Positions 48,314-59,167 of a stretch of 64,000 bases of DNA are shown here, piece by piece. Each line of letters starts with the position of its first letter. The first letter of the stretch is position 1. The stretch comes from a virus. The translations under genes were made by a program, and so were the position numbers. The notes beneath the pieces are model-generated. The model ran no database searches. It saw nothing but the letters and a program-made list of their open reading frames with translations, and had not been told where the DNA came from. The stretch spans positions 117,178-181,177 of the IMG/VR virus record IMGVR_UViG_3300035180_002574; one strand, written 5' to 3'.

Positions 48314-49070
48314 ATATAAACCCGCCTGGATTTAATACCGGACCAAATCCTTGGACTCCAGCATCATTATTATATTGACCAACTGGTGGTATCTTACCAG
48401 CAGTCTCCTCTTTATCATGTTCTTTTATTGACTTATAATTTTGATAATTTTGACGGGTAGGAGATTGATCATTAATAAAATTATCTACAGAATCCATTGG
48501 GTACTGTCTTGTTTCGTCTAGGAATGGCGCAAAAGATCCCTGATGAGCCTCATCCAATATCCCGGTACGATTATCGCTGATGTATTCACGCGTATTTGAA
48601 ACTATATCAGCTGCATTCTCATCTTTCATCGGCTGACATGATTTAATTATTTTTTTGTATAGGTCTACAACTTTAGGATCAACCCCTATACCAAAACCAA
48701 AAGACATAGCTTCTTCAATGGCTGCTTCTGGTTTCATATTCATGTATTTGCATTTATACATTGCAACTACTAATCCAGTTCTATCTTTACCAAATTTACA
48801 ATGTACGAAAGTAGGTCCGCCTTTTATTAATAAATCATGCAAATTCTGATTTAAGAGTTTAAGAATAGATTTCCTATCCATTTCTAACGGAAACATTACG
48901 TGGTCTATCCCCAATAATTTGCAAACTCTATGTATTCTTTCTCCAGCATCTTTATCCAAACTAACAATTTTTTTAATACCCAAACGATCTTTTAACCATT
49001 TCACTTCTTTAGGGCTGGGAGCGGATCCTCGATACAATTTATTATTTACTTTGTCTAGATTCCTAATCAT
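48306..49070 (-). CDS. Cysteine-dependent (PTP/DSP, Siw14-like) phosphatase
   Basis: LYRGSAP and P-loop HCKFGKDRTG (C-x5-R). Confidence 0.9.
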   Translation of the reverse strand: MIRNLDKVNNKLYRGSAPSPKEVKWLKDRLGIKKIVSLDKDAGERIHRVCKLLGIDHVMFPLEMDRKSILKLLNQNLHDLLIKGGPTFVHCKFGKDRTGLVVAMYKCKYMNMKPEAAIEEAMSFGFGIGVDPKVVDLYKKIIKSCQPMKDENAADIVSNTREYISDNRTGILDEAHQGSFAPFLDETRQYPMDSVDNFINDQSPTRQNYQNYKSIKEHDKEETAGKIPPVGQYNNDAGVQGFGPVLNPGGFIYD

Positions 49071-49805
49071 TTATAGGCTCCTGACTAGATTATTAATTAC
49101 GTTTCTAATGTATCTTGGATCATGATTGAATAATACATTCTTAACTAAGGTTATTGATTGTCCCATAGCTGAAGAAGATGGTAGGTTTTTATTGGAAATA
49201 TCTGTTTCATTAAGATAGTATAGTTTATTTTTAACTTTTTCTATAGCTGATTGTCGTTTCTCTGGAGATATTCTAACTAAAATAAATCTAATCATATCTG
49301 CTAAATATCTACCTACCAAAGCGGCATCTCCCAATTCAGTAATTGCTGCATTTTTAACAAGATCATTATCTAAAATTAACTTGTGATTTTTCCCGAACTG
49401 GACAAGTGAATTTTGCAATGATACCTTTTCAGGTTCTTGTAATTTTTTCTTAACTGCTTTCTCGAAATTAACATTGAATAATTTTAAGAATTCTCTCACT
49501 TGCTTAGGAGAGGCTTTTTCTCTCATCCGTCTCATAATAGCAGAAAAGGAAAAATCGTCCGTTTTAGATAAGTCAATAGAAGAATCATTGGCAGAAGACT
49601 CATCTTTATGTTTGAAATATTCAACCTCTTTTAATCTTTGCTTAGCCTTTTCTCTAGAATCGCAAGTTCCTAGATTTTTTCCCTTTTCTGATAAAACACG
49701 ATATTTCCCATTGGGCAACTTTTTAATAAAAGCAAATTTTTCTAATGCGGCAGCCCGACTGTAATAGTCATTAGCTTTTTTTAGAATATCATCTACGTTT
49801 ATCAT
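49071..49805 (-). CDS. Putative head protein
   Basis: LEKFAF, VKNAA motifs; KNLGT..S...A..RL..VEYFKH module. Confidence 0.6.
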   Translation of the reverse strand: MINVDDILKKANDYYSRAAALEKFAFIKKLPNGKYRVLSEKGKNLGTCDSREKAKQRLKEVEYFKHKDESSANDSSIDLSKTDDFSFSAIMRRMREKASPKQVREFLKLFNVNFEKAVKKKLQEPEKVSLQNSLVQFGKNHKLILDNDLVKNAAITELGDAALVGRYLADMIRFILVRISPEKRQSAIEKVKNKLYYLNETDISNKNLPSSSAMGQSITLVKNVLFNHDPRYIRNVINNLVRSL

Positions 49806-49810
49806 GTTTT

Positions 49811-50203
49811 TTATTTTTTATCAAAATACTCTTTAACTTCTAATGACTCTTTGCTTCTTAGGAACATTTCTTCCATAATTCCGTCACCATCAACTTCGTT
49901 GAGTGCCCTAATAGCTCTTTCGTTAATAAACATTAAATTGCCTAATTTTAGAACCTTGTCTTTTCCAATATAGGCGGCACTTATTACCAAACACTCTTTA
50001 AATGCGGTGACTACCTTACCACAAAACACAGCCGGATAATCAGTAGATATTTGTTCTGTGCTGACATTTTCATATGTATCACCGACATAGATTTCAATAA
50101 ATCTATCCTTAAAAACAGTCGCAATAAATTCTGCAAAAGTTTTTGTTCTATCTTGATTCATTTCTGATACTTTGTCTTTGATTTCTTGTTCTGTATAAGC
50201 CAT
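49811..50203 (-). CDS. Hypothetical protein (Sm-like beta-barrel possible)
   Basis: 130 aa beta-rich ORF. Confidence 0.6.
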   Translation of the reverse strand: MAYTEQEIKDKVSEMNQDRTKTFAEFIATVFKDRFIEIYVGDTYENVSTEQISTDYPAVFCGKVVTAFKECLVISAAYIGKDKVLKLGNLMFINERAIRALNEVDGDGIMEEMFLRSKESLEVKEYFDKK

Positions 50204-50210
50204 TGGTTCC

Positions 50211-51320
50211 TTAAATGAATTTGAGCAAAAACTTGCGGTAATTGATATCGGCGGTTTTCCAACTGATTTGTTGATATGATGACTTTTTATTCATAAAAAT
50301 ATTGGTTTTAACTGAAATTGATCCAATTTTTTTAGTTGCTAAAACAAATGCTTCTTCTATTGCTGCGGTCAACTCTTTCACTGTATCTAAACAAATTTTT
50401 TCTGGACCAGCAATTGAACACTCGATCTCAACGTCAGCACCGTTTGAACACGTATATGCTGATGCCCCTAGCTCTTCATCTAGAGCTGCGCATAATATTC
50501 TAGAAAATTCTAATTCGTTTTCTAGACTGTCGGCATTGACTTTGATTAAAATATTGTGAGATGGCAAATAACGTCTAAAAAGTTTTTTATCATTAGATGA
50601 CATAGTTTGAAGTTTTTCATTCAACATATTTACTAGATCATCAACCTTAATATCAGAATTAGTTATATCTGGCTCTTTTGGTTGCTTGGGGGTGACAGAT
50701 GTACTAGTATATCCTGAACCATGCAATTCCTCTAAAGCCTTTTTATAAATTGGATTAGAAGCATTCTTCTCAACTTGTTTTAACATATCGCCATAAGTTA
50801 TTACTCCGGGAATGTCTCCATGAAATAATGGATTGGATTTGTAAGCGGAAGATTCCGTTGCCACCTCAACATGATTGTTTCCATATTTTTTAGAATATTT
50901 TTTGCCATTTTCAATGAATGATTCTGGATTTTCTTCTAATATTGGAGTAGATGGATCGCCGCGCTTAACGCCTGCCAATTTTAAAGCCGCGGGAAAAAAT
51001 ATGCCAAGATAAACTAGTGCGGGAGAATCTAATGGTTTTCCATAAATTCGTGATATGCCCTGAAATAATTGCTTTACCAATGGCAATTGTTCTACACCAG
51101 ACATACGTCTTAAATCTTCTGGAGTTCCTTGAAATTTCAAACCTTTAAGAGTGGCAGGCATAAATTGAATTAAACCAGATGCCCCACCGTGCGCATTATG
51201 TGCGCTTGGATCAATACCAGATTCTGAAACCATGACATTTAATATGTCTTCTGGCTTCATTCCAAGTTCCGATGCGATCTGAACTAATTTTGGATAGAAT
51301 CCCTCTCCCAAATTAGACAT
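50211..51320 (-). CDS. Lytic transglycosylase (SLT) domain protein
   Basis: MVSESG.DP.A....ASGLIQFMP.T motif. Confidence 0.85.
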   Translation of the reverse strand: MSNLGEGFYPKLVQIASELGMKPEDILNVMVSESGIDPSAHNAHGGASGLIQFMPATLKGLKFQGTPEDLRRMSGVEQLPLVKQLFQGISRIYGKPLDSPALVYLGIFFPAALKLAGVKRGDPSTPILEENPESFIENGKKYSKKYGNNHVEVATESSAYKSNPLFHGDIPGVITYGDMLKQVEKNASNPIYKKALEELHGSGYTSTSVTPKQPKEPDITNSDIKVDDLVNMLNEKLQTMSSNDKKLFRRYLPSHNILIKVNADSLENELEFSRILCAALDEELGASAYTCSNGADVEIECSIAGPEKICLDTVKELTAAIEEAFVLATKKIGSISVKTNIFMNKKSSYQQISWKTADINYRKFLLKFI

Positions 51321-51321
51321 A

Positions 51322-52653
51322 TTACACCTCTATTCTATTTACAATCTCAATTAATGATTGAGCAAGTTTTGCGTCTTTTTTTTGTATCATTGCTGCATAT
51401 TTTGCCAAATACCTCTTTACGATTAGCGGGCTTTCATTTGACAATGATTCCAATGTAGATATCAATGCGGCTTGTGCTTGACCAAAACCACTAACCTGAG
51501 TTTTTTCATCTGTAGGAATTGGAATTTCCAATGCTCCCGGTTGAGAGCTAATAGCTTCTGGTGCTGGTGGGAAAAGTGTTTGTGAACGCGGAGATATTTG
51601 TATTTTTCCTTCCGGCAAACTAAATGTCTTATCAGTATCGTGAGGTAAAGAAACTGATGGAGACGACGATGGAGGTGGAATAATTGATGTTTGTTCTTTA
51701 AGAGTTTTTGCAGGGACAGATACGCTAGGAGCGCTCATCGCTGGAGGAGAAAATTCTTTTGAAGTGCTTTGCTCAGAAGAAAGGGGCGCTGATATTGGCA
51801 AATTTAAACTTTGAACTTTTTCTTTAGAAGATGGTTTTCCAGATTCTTCTTTAGAAGAAGGAGGTGTAACTTCTAATGGTTTGTCTACCAGTTTATCTGC
51901 ATACGCTTTGATATTCTTGGCATAAAAATTTCTAAAACTAGCGTCATACTTAGGGAATGACTTCAAAATTGTACTCAAAATAGCTTCATACTCGCCAACC
52001 AATCTTTTATTTCTTGCTTTAGATAAATCTTTAAATGATCTCGACAAAGCATTAAACATACTATTAGAAATTGACAAAATGTTTTTTATATCTGCCTTTA
52101 ATGTAAATCCATTTTTATTGTATATTCTTTCCCAAGCAGCTAATGCACGACCACGGTCGTCTGAAAATAAATTAACAAAGAAATCTTTGATTCCGGCTTC
52201 CTTTACAAAATTATATTGCTTATAAGCAAGTCTTCCTCTTAAGGAAGAAATATGTTCTCTTGTTTCTGGATCTAATCCTTCCAACAAAAACTTTTCGTGA
52301 ATATCGGAAAGATTAGATTTGAATGAACTAAAAACGTTAACAATATCTTCCATTTTTTTATGGAAACGACCCAAATACGCAGCCGCACGCATATATTCGT
52401 TTTTGCCAAGAGATTCTTCCGCACCTTTTAGCATGTCTTTTAAGCTCATCCCATCTGTTGGAGCAGTCCCATTACCAACTGCTTTGCCTAAAGCGATTGA
52501 TCTAGCATTATCATCTACCTCTCTCAAATTATCCATGACATCTTTAAATCCAGGATGATTTAAGAAAGGCACTCTCTCAGTAGCAATTCCGCCAAGGTCA
52601 GTCTTTTCGCTAATCCAATCAAGCAATCCTCTTTTTTGAGCGTTTTTTTGCAT
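51322..52653 (-). CDS. Putative head protein
   Basis: Start MQKNAQ after GAGGG; FVKEAG; P/S-rich linker. Confidence 0.6.
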   Translation of the reverse strand: MQKNAQKRGLLDWISEKTDLGGIATERVPFLNHPGFKDVMDNLREVDDNARSIALGKAVGNGTAPTDGMSLKDMLKGAEESLGKNEYMRAAAYLGRFHKKMEDIVNVFSSFKSNLSDIHEKFLLEGLDPETREHISSLRGRLAYKQYNFVKEAGIKDFFVNLFSDDRGRALAAWERIYNKNGFTLKADIKNILSISNSMFNALSRSFKDLSKARNKRLVGEYEAILSTILKSFPKYDASFRNFYAKNIKAYADKLVDKPLEVTPPSSKEESGKPSSKEKVQSLNLPISAPLSSEQSTSKEFSPPAMSAPSVSVPAKTLKEQTSIIPPPSSSPSVSLPHDTDKTFSLPEGKIQISPRSQTLFPPAPEAISSQPGALEIPIPTDEKTQVSGFGQAQAALISTLESLSNESPLIVKRYLAKYAAMIQKKDAKLAQSLIEIVNRIEV

Positions 52654-52725
52654 AAATCCCTCTATCAACGTATTATTCGAAAATAATACGAGATTATACA
52701 TAAGTTAAATAACTATTATATTGAA

Positions 52726-54540
52726 TTAAACTGGTGGAGGTGGCGGAGGCGGTCCTCCACCTGGGAGTCCACCTGCTGGTGGAGCGCCCAAATCTAATCC
52801 AGGTAATCCGCCTGGTGGTGGTCCTTCACTTGGCATTCCTGGTGCGCCTGGGGCTCCCGGTGCTCCTGGCGTTGCGCCCGCTGCTGTGACGGCTGCCTCA
52901 GATATTTCATCTTCTTCATCCAAAGATCTCAAAGCGTTTAAATCCATTGCTTGCAATACAATTTTTTCTTTTTGCACAATTGCGGATTGTACAGCTTCTC
53001 TACGCATCTTACGAACTTCATCTTCAAATTCTAAACCTAAAGCACGATACAATGTATGTAAAGAAACTCTCTTCTGAGACTCATCACCTTGTGTTAAGGT
53101 TACTAATGTGTTAATATAGTCTCCAGCATCAAACAAAGACATATGGTTCCAATCAACCTCTGGAACAATTAATTGTTTTTCTCCGCCAGAATAATCATAA
53201 AATCCTTGGATTTTAGATATTGGTGCAAAGATTTTTCTCTTCAACCATTGAGATAACATATTTCTAAATTGCATATATCTCTGACGTAATACGTCAAGAG
53301 CTACGCCACCGTTAGCATAGGTAGTATCGGCTCCACCATCCATTAATACGGATGGTACTTGCAATCCAACATAGATCTCTTTGATAATTTGTGTGATATC
53401 GTTACCAATATCAAAAATTCCTTGACCATATCCTACGCGCTCAACAGCTACACCTTCATGAGTAAATATCTTGAAATCTTTATCATACTGTGCTTCTTCA
53501 AATACGCTTCTCCAAGCCTCCAAGTCGGCATGGGTTGGTTTAAAATCTGCCGAGCCTATCTTAACCAATGTCAATGGATTGATCATATTATCAGCTTGAG
53601 CGTATTTGGATTCTCTTAACTTATCAAATAACATCAATTGTCTAAAAATACAAACTGGCAAACCAGTTCCTCTTATTTCATAAGGACTAATTCTTCTAGC
53701 TAAATGAGAAACTTGGAAGTTATCCAGTTGAATATTATCGCCACGCTTAACAGAATCAATAATATATTGATTTAATTGTTTTCTTTGTTCAATATCGCTT
53801 GGTTTATTGGAGAAAACGATACGTTTCAAATTTTCATCTGGACGCATCATAATAACTGGCTCATTGGCAGCCACGGTACGTTTAACTACCATATAGTCTG
53901 GATTTTGAATTAATAAGCGACTCCACTTTCCCTTACTTTCATCAAGCTCAGCAAACACAAATGCTTCGCCCAAAAGCCAATACTCTTGCGCTATTTGCAC
54001 GGATATATTCATTAAATCAATTTCTTCAATCATATCATTGAAGAATTTTTCAATATCCTTATTAGGGCACTTGATGTTTAATTTGCTAATCGGGTATGTA
54101 CTATGCAAATTAATAGCATTATGAACGAATGGGTTTAAGGCATAGAAGCTACGACACCAGGCGTTAATAGTGGCTCTGTCTCTTGGAAGATTTATATTGC
54201 TGTTGAGCCATAATGGAGAGTATACTTCCGGAGTTTGTTTTACAGAATCTCCACTTCCGCCACGATAATTACTACTGCTAACAACTTGCGCAAATTTATT
54301 CAATCCAATGGAAGATGTTACATTGGAATTAGAAGTCATTATATTTTCTTTGGTGGGAGAAGAGGATCCATCTCTAAATAATCCGTTTTCTACCTCTGTT
54401 CCTAACACTTCTCTTCGATGTTGAGAAACACCATATGCCATTAATGCGCTAACTTGAGGGACAGCCGACCTATTTGTAAGAAATTTTTCAGAATTGGAGG
54501 GACCGACCCACTGACTCTGTTTTTTGTTATTATTAGACAT
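52726..54540 (-). CDS. Portal protein
   Basis: Directly downstream of TerL; 604 aa; portal-like core (NPFVHNAINLH, YWLLGEAFVF, HLARR.SPY..RG); Pro/Gly-rich tail. Confidence 0.8.
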   Translation of the reverse strand: MSNNNKKQSQWVGPSNSEKFLTNRSAVPQVSALMAYGVSQHRREVLGTEVENGLFRDGSSSPTKENIMTSNSNVTSSIGLNKFAQVVSSSNYRGGSGDSVKQTPEVYSPLWLNSNINLPRDRATINAWCRSFYALNPFVHNAINLHSTYPISKLNIKCPNKDIEKFFNDMIEEIDLMNISVQIAQEYWLLGEAFVFAELDESKGKWSRLLIQNPDYMVVKRTVAANEPVIMMRPDENLKRIVFSNKPSDIEQRKQLNQYIIDSVKRGDNIQLDNFQVSHLARRISPYEIRGTGLPVCIFRQLMLFDKLRESKYAQADNMINPLTLVKIGSADFKPTHADLEAWRSVFEEAQYDKDFKIFTHEGVAVERVGYGQGIFDIGNDITQIIKEIYVGLQVPSVLMDGGADTTYANGGVALDVLRQRYMQFRNMLSQWLKRKIFAPISKIQGFYDYSGGEKQLIVPEVDWNHMSLFDAGDYINTLVTLTQGDESQKRVSLHTLYRALGLEFEDEVRKMRREAVQSAIVQKEKIVLQAMDLNALRSLDEEDEISEAAVTAAGATPGAPGAPGAPGMPSEGPPPGGLPGLDLGAPPAGGLPGGGPPPPPPPV

Positions 54541-54604
54541 TTAGCCTCGTTCTCATTACAATTATACTATCCCTACATAGTAATATATCCAATATCACCT
54601 TATT

Positions 54605-57508
54605 TTATACCCTACGTTTAATATATCCCGTGATCGCTAGCGGTTTATTTTGATCTTTCAATGATTGCTGAAAGTTTAGAGGATTATTGCTAGTAAACCC
54701 TTTAGTTATGATGAATTTATATGCAATATATGCATTCAATAAAGCCATAAAACCATCGTTAGGGGTGCTTCCTTTGACATAATGAATCGTTGGATCTCCG
54801 CCCCTAGAAATGGAAGGTTTAATTTCCATACTTGCACAATGATCTATTAACCATGCTATTTTTTCATAGTCTCCATACGGAAATCTAATCATACCTTTTT
54901 TCATCTGCTCATATAATTCGCCAATATAATAATCTCTTTCAAAAACCAATTCTTTTGGAAATGAATCAGCAGAGAATTTTACATAACCATTAACTTTAGG
55001 ATGAGCGCGAGAAACTAGATATTTATCTCCATATGAATTATGAAGAATGATAGAGAAATCGTTAGAGTATCCAATATCTCCGATCGCCAGATTTACAGAG
55101 TATTGTCTCATTATTTGGTCAATAACCCCCTTTTTACTTTCTGGGTCATTGCGTTTGAATTTTGTTGCAAACTCAATTGATAATAATCCTGGACCCTTAG
55201 CAACCAATACTACTGCGGTACTGTATGATTGACCGCCTTTAGATTTTTCTGGATCAGCCAATTGTTCTAAATCAGCCCTAGCTCCATAGTCAATTCCAAC
55301 AACAACTATTTGTTCTTCGCCAGGTAAAATCTTAGGTCTAAATTTTCTGCCAAAATCTGCACAAAATTGTCTAATTTCTTCTGGAGTGATCGGGCTAGAA
55401 TCTCCTTGAAAGAACTCTCCTAGAACTTCGTTCTGATAAACTCTTTCAGTATTAACTGGGTGCTTGCCTGGTTTTTCATTCATAATGTCTTCCTTAGTAA
55501 AAAAAGGCATGTATAACTGATTAATATGAAAACCAATCAAATCAGACTCAGATTCTGGTCTTGAAGAAATCCATTTCCCTCTTTCTGCCGCATCTCTTTT
55601 GTCTTGCTGATGATTACAGTGAGTACATTGGACGGTAAATCCAGTAATCCAAATTTTTTCCCAATCATCTGATCCGGGCGTATAAAGTGGGAAATGTTTG
55701 CCACACTTTTCACAACCCAAATAATAATATTGCTGAGTTGACATTGCCCATCTCTTATAAAACCCCGAACCTTTTTTACGAGGAGTTCCAAAGAATACTT
55801 GGATTCCTTTATTACCATATTTGGCAGTGGTTAAAATTTTAAGAGCATTACCAATGGCTTGATCAGATGTTTTTTGAACTTCATCAAAGAAAATTCCATC
55901 AGCAGTATTATGTGTAGCAATATATTTTTTTGTAACTAAAAATAAATGAGAAGGGCTATCTACAGTAATACACCTCATTGGAATTGGATTTATTTTTTTA
56001 ATATCTGTAATGAATCTATGGGTGCTTTTTGTTGAAATATTATTTTTTATTCTATCTAATTTTCTTTTCATGCGAAAAACTGGTAAATTTGTGATAAATC
56101 TAATTCTATATTTATCAGCGTATTTTTTTCCATATCTTTTGCTATCTCTTTTATAAAAATATGCTTTAATACCTAAGCTTAATACTAAGTCATAAACTTG
56201 TTTCGCTAAATCCTCACGTACTTGTACAAATTCTATATTTCCATTTTTATCACAATGCCCGTCAGTATCTAATAAACCTTGTAATAAAGCAAGCCTTTGA
56301 TTAAAGGAACTTTTCATATAAATTTCTGGAATATATTTTTTATATAGATTATGCTCTATATTCTTGCCATTAACCAATAAATTAAGAGATCTTAATTTTG
56401 TAGTTAATCCTTTTATTCTATATGAGCATGATTTTGATGGTATTGAATTAAAATTTCCTATATGATTTATTGAAGATTTAATTACATGATATTCATATCC
56501 ATTAAAAATTTCTGGATCTGCTGACTCAATTCTACCATTGCCATCACCATTTCCTAACCATAATCCAAGTAAATATGGATCTAATAATAAATTTTTATCA
56601 GAATAATTAAGTGGTTTAGTACACAAAATTGAATGATTTGCTTCACCAGATTTTTTTAATGTTTCGAATAATTCTTTAGTATTTTTTACTGTTGGTTTTC
56701 TTTTTTTATTACGATCTGATTTAGTATACGTTAACCATAAATGATCTGCGCAAGCATCTATTGTCGTATCATCATCAAAAGTAATTTTATATGATTCGGG
56801 ATTAAAATCTATAGGATGTAATTTAGTAACAGTGCAAATATTTCCATTTTCATCAAATAGTTGATCTCCTTCTTTTAACTCTTTTAATTTGACGAATCCA
56901 TTTATTGTAGGAATATCAGTCTCAAGAGATAGCATTCGCCCCATGATACGGTCAGCATCAAGCCCAGTAGATTCAATCCATAAATGGTTTCCTCCAATGA
57001 ATTGTTTAAAATGCAACGAATCATTTGTAGTAGTAGATTGATCTAACAATGTTTGCATAAATGTTTTTGGTTTGGCGCCCTTTTTATCAGTATCTGAATT
57101 GATTGCTACAGATGAATTAATCATTTGATTAAGCTTAGTTTTTGAATAAGCAGCAGCCAATTCCAATTGAGGAAATGTATGAATAATACGAATGGGCGGT
57201 TTATCGCCAACTCCAAAAAGACCTGAACCCATGAAATACATCTCAAGAACGCTTGCCATAGTGGTTGCTCCCACCTGACGTCCTTTAACGATGATTATGG
57301 GCTTAGAATTTGGCTCTAAAGCTTTAATACCAATGTAACGATAAATGTCTGCAAATGGTCGATAACCATTTCCATGTAAACGAAATGGCTTGCCATCTAA
57401 TGTTAGATATTTCTCAGCGAAGCTGACTGGGTCCAAGGACAATAATTGTTGTTTTAGTTTTTCAAATAAATCTTTATCGGTTGCTGCCGACGAATTTATA
57501 GTTGGCAT
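54605..57508 (-). CDS. terL: Terminase large subunit (intein-containing)
   Basis: KGRQVGATT Walker A, FFDEVQ Walker B after intein removal, GTP motif III, Zn-finger CEKC..CTHC, VGIDYG nuclease Asp. Confidence 0.92.
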   Translation of the reverse strand: MPTINSSAATDKDLFEKLKQQLLSLDPVSFAEKYLTLDGKPFRLHGNGYRPFADIYRYIGIKALEPNSKPIIIVKGRQVGATTMASVLEMYFMGSGLFGVGDKPPIRIIHTFPQLELAAAYSKTKLNQMINSSVAINSDTDKKGAKPKTFMQTLLDQSTTTNDSLHFKQFIGGNHLWIESTGLDADRIMGRMLSLETDIPTINGFVKLKELKEGDQLFDENGNICTVTKLHPIDFNPESYKITFDDDTTIDACADHLWLTYTKSDRNKKRKPTVKNTKELFETLKKSGEANHSILCTKPLNYSDKNLLLDPYLLGLWLGNGDGNGRIESADPEIFNGYEYHVIKSSINHIGNFNSIPSKSCSYRIKGLTTKLRSLNLLVNGKNIEHNLYKKYIPEIYMKSSFNQRLALLQGLLDTDGHCDKNGNIEFVQVREDLAKQVYDLVLSLGIKAYFYKRDSKRYGKKYADKYRIRFITNLPVFRMKRKLDRIKNNISTKSTHRFITDIKKINPIPMRCITVDSPSHLFLVTKKYIATHNTADGIFFDEVQKTSDQAIGNALKILTTAKYGNKGIQVFFGTPRKKGSGFYKRWAMSTQQYYYLGCEKCGKHFPLYTPGSDDWEKIWITGFTVQCTHCNHQQDKRDAAERGKWISSRPESESDLIGFHINQLYMPFFTKEDIMNEKPGKHPVNTERVYQNEVLGEFFQGDSSPITPEEIRQFCADFGRKFRPKILPGEEQIVVVGIDYGARADLEQLADPEKSKGGQSYSTAVVLVAKGPGLLSIEFATKFKRNDPESKKGVIDQIMRQYSVNLAIGDIGYSNDFSIILHNSYGDKYLVSRAHPKVNGYVKFSADSFPKELVFERDYYIGELYEQMKKGMIRFPYGDYEKIAWLIDHCASMEIKPSISRGGDPTIHYVKGSTPNDGFMALLNAYIAYKFIITKGFTSNNPLNFQQSLKDQNKPLAITGYIKRRV
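55907..56935 (-). mobile_element. Class-3-type intein (343 aa) with LAGLIDADG endonuclease
   Basis: Starts MLSLETDIPT, block B ADHLW, block F MRCITV, ends ATHN/T; exteins rejoin as RIMGR-TADGIFFDE; motifs LGLWLGNG and LQGLLDTDG. Confidence 0.88.
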
Positions 57509-57520
57509 ATAAAATGCTCC

Positions 57521-58144
57521 TTATATCTTGGCGGGATTCAAGGCATAAAAAGCATCAGTGTTTGTTGGATCAATATCCAAGTTGTTGTTAGAATCACTCT
57601 TGCCTAAATTTTGACTCTCTTCATTACGCGCGTGAATTCTCTTTTCTTTTAAATTGAGACCACTAACATAAATAATAAGATCATCACCATCCCATAATTT
57701 ATCATCAGAAATATCATTATGATGAATTGATTTTACTTTTTCTATAATTGCAATTACAGGAAGGTTGCCTTTCGACTCCCTAACAATATTGTCAATGGTT
57801 TGAACAATATTTTTATTTTTCTTTAATAATGCAGGTAATTGTTCCTCTTCTGCGGAAGCCGTCTTTGTCTGTCCTCTATCACCTTCTTCTGATAATGTGA
57901 CTTTACTCAAATAAGCTGTTAAACCGCTTCTATTCTTCATATCTTCAACAGCTGCTTCGACAGAAGTATATTTTGGCTTACCATTCATAATAGTGGTTAT
58001 CTGCTCAAACAATGAACGATCTACAGCGCGCGGTTGCACGGCTTCTTTTTGCATTTTTTCAAATTGTTTTAACCAATGATCTCCTTCTATCGACTCATCA
58101 GCCTGTCTAGAAATTACCGATTGGTGCCTGACATATTTTGACAT
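57521..58144 (-). CDS. Putative head protein
   Basis: SD AGGAG; QKEAV, TKTAS motifs. Confidence 0.6.
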   Translation of the reverse strand: MSKYVRHQSVISRQADESIEGDHWLKQFEKMQKEAVQPRAVDRSLFEQITTIMNGKPKYTSVEAAVEDMKNRSGLTAYLSKVTLSEEGDRGQTKTASAEEEQLPALLKKNKNIVQTIDNIVRESKGNLPVIAIIEKVKSIHHNDISDDKLWDGDDLIIYVSGLNLKEKRIHARNEESQNLGKSDSNNNLDIDPTNTDAFYALNPAKI

Positions 58145-58147
58145 TAG

Positions 58148-59107
58148 TTATCCCTTGAAGTTTTGATTCCAGTCCATTCCATCTTCTACTTCGATATCAT
58201 CATCGGGCATAAAACCCCTATCTTGACGAAGTGGATATCCCATATCTGCAAGAAGCTGCATAGTTTCAGCCTGCTCTCTTTCAGTAAGTTTATATCTCTT
58301 AACTAGTCTATTATAAGTATCTTCAATGTCATGACCGGCAGAAACAGCGCTATTTACACAAATTCTAGCAATTCTAGAGATGAATAATGGTGCCATAATG
58401 TAAATACCACTAACTCCGGTAACTTTTTGAGCCTCTTTAACAAGAGAAGAAGTTTCGGCGTCGGCTTTTTTGCCCTTTCTTTTCTTTTTCTTAGTATCTT
58501 TAACCTTATTAATTCGGTCCTGAAGCATATCCAAACCTTTTTCGATCTGAGATCTTACATGCTCTATTTGGTTAGAGTCTAACTCACCATCCAAATCAAG
58601 TCTCATTGCTTTTGAAATCTCATTATCTAATCTCTCAAGATAAGAGGACGCCCTCTCCAGCCCGGCGGTATCATAGCCGGAATGTCTTGGAACATCTCCC
58701 AATCTCTCTTTAACCCAAGATAAAAAGCCCTTGGCACCTTTGGATTCCCAGTCCCACTTGTCATTCTTCTTGGACTTGCGAGCATCGTTATTGTCTTCTG
58801 TCTCGTCCTCTTTATCGTCTTCATCATCTTCATCATCTTCATCAGTGACAACAATTGCTTCTTGAGCAGCTACGTTTGGATCAAAATCAGGAGCGCCCAA
58901 TAATTGACCATCCAAATTAACTTCTAATATCAAATTTGGCTCTCCCGCTTTTGGGTCATCCACCGTAATAATTGGTTCATGAGACTCAACAACCTCAATT
59001 GGAGCCTCTTGGATTGCGGGCATAGGAGGCGTAATTGGAACCAAGTGAATTGGTCCACCCATTCCCTGTTGTTCATCAACAATTATTTGTGCTGTTGTCT
59101 CTAACAT
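58148..59107 (-). CDS. Acidic putative head protein
   Basis: D/E tract, basic tract, LVKEAQ motif. Confidence 0.6.
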   Translation of the reverse strand: MLETTAQIIVDEQQGMGGPIHLVPITPPMPAIQEAPIEVVESHEPIITVDDPKAGEPNLILEVNLDGQLLGAPDFDPNVAAQEAIVVTDEDDEDDEDDKEDETEDNNDARKSKKNDKWDWESKGAKGFLSWVKERLGDVPRHSGYDTAGLERASSYLERLDNEISKAMRLDLDGELDSNQIEHVRSQIEKGLDMLQDRINKVKDTKKKKRKGKKADAETSSLVKEAQKVTGVSGIYIMAPLFISRIARICVNSAVSAGHDIEDTYNRLVKRYKLTEREQAETMQLLADMGYPLRQDRGFMPDDDIEVEDGMDWNQNFKG

Positions 59108-59167
59108 TGATACCTCTAAAGCTACGAATTTGTGCTTATATACATTATTATGTAATAATAGTCATTG

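Noticed and set aside
52726-52890. Collagen-like GAP repeats at the portal C-terminus
   Set aside because: Too short for a triple helix; best read as a low-complexity Pro/Gly tail like those in neighbouring genes.
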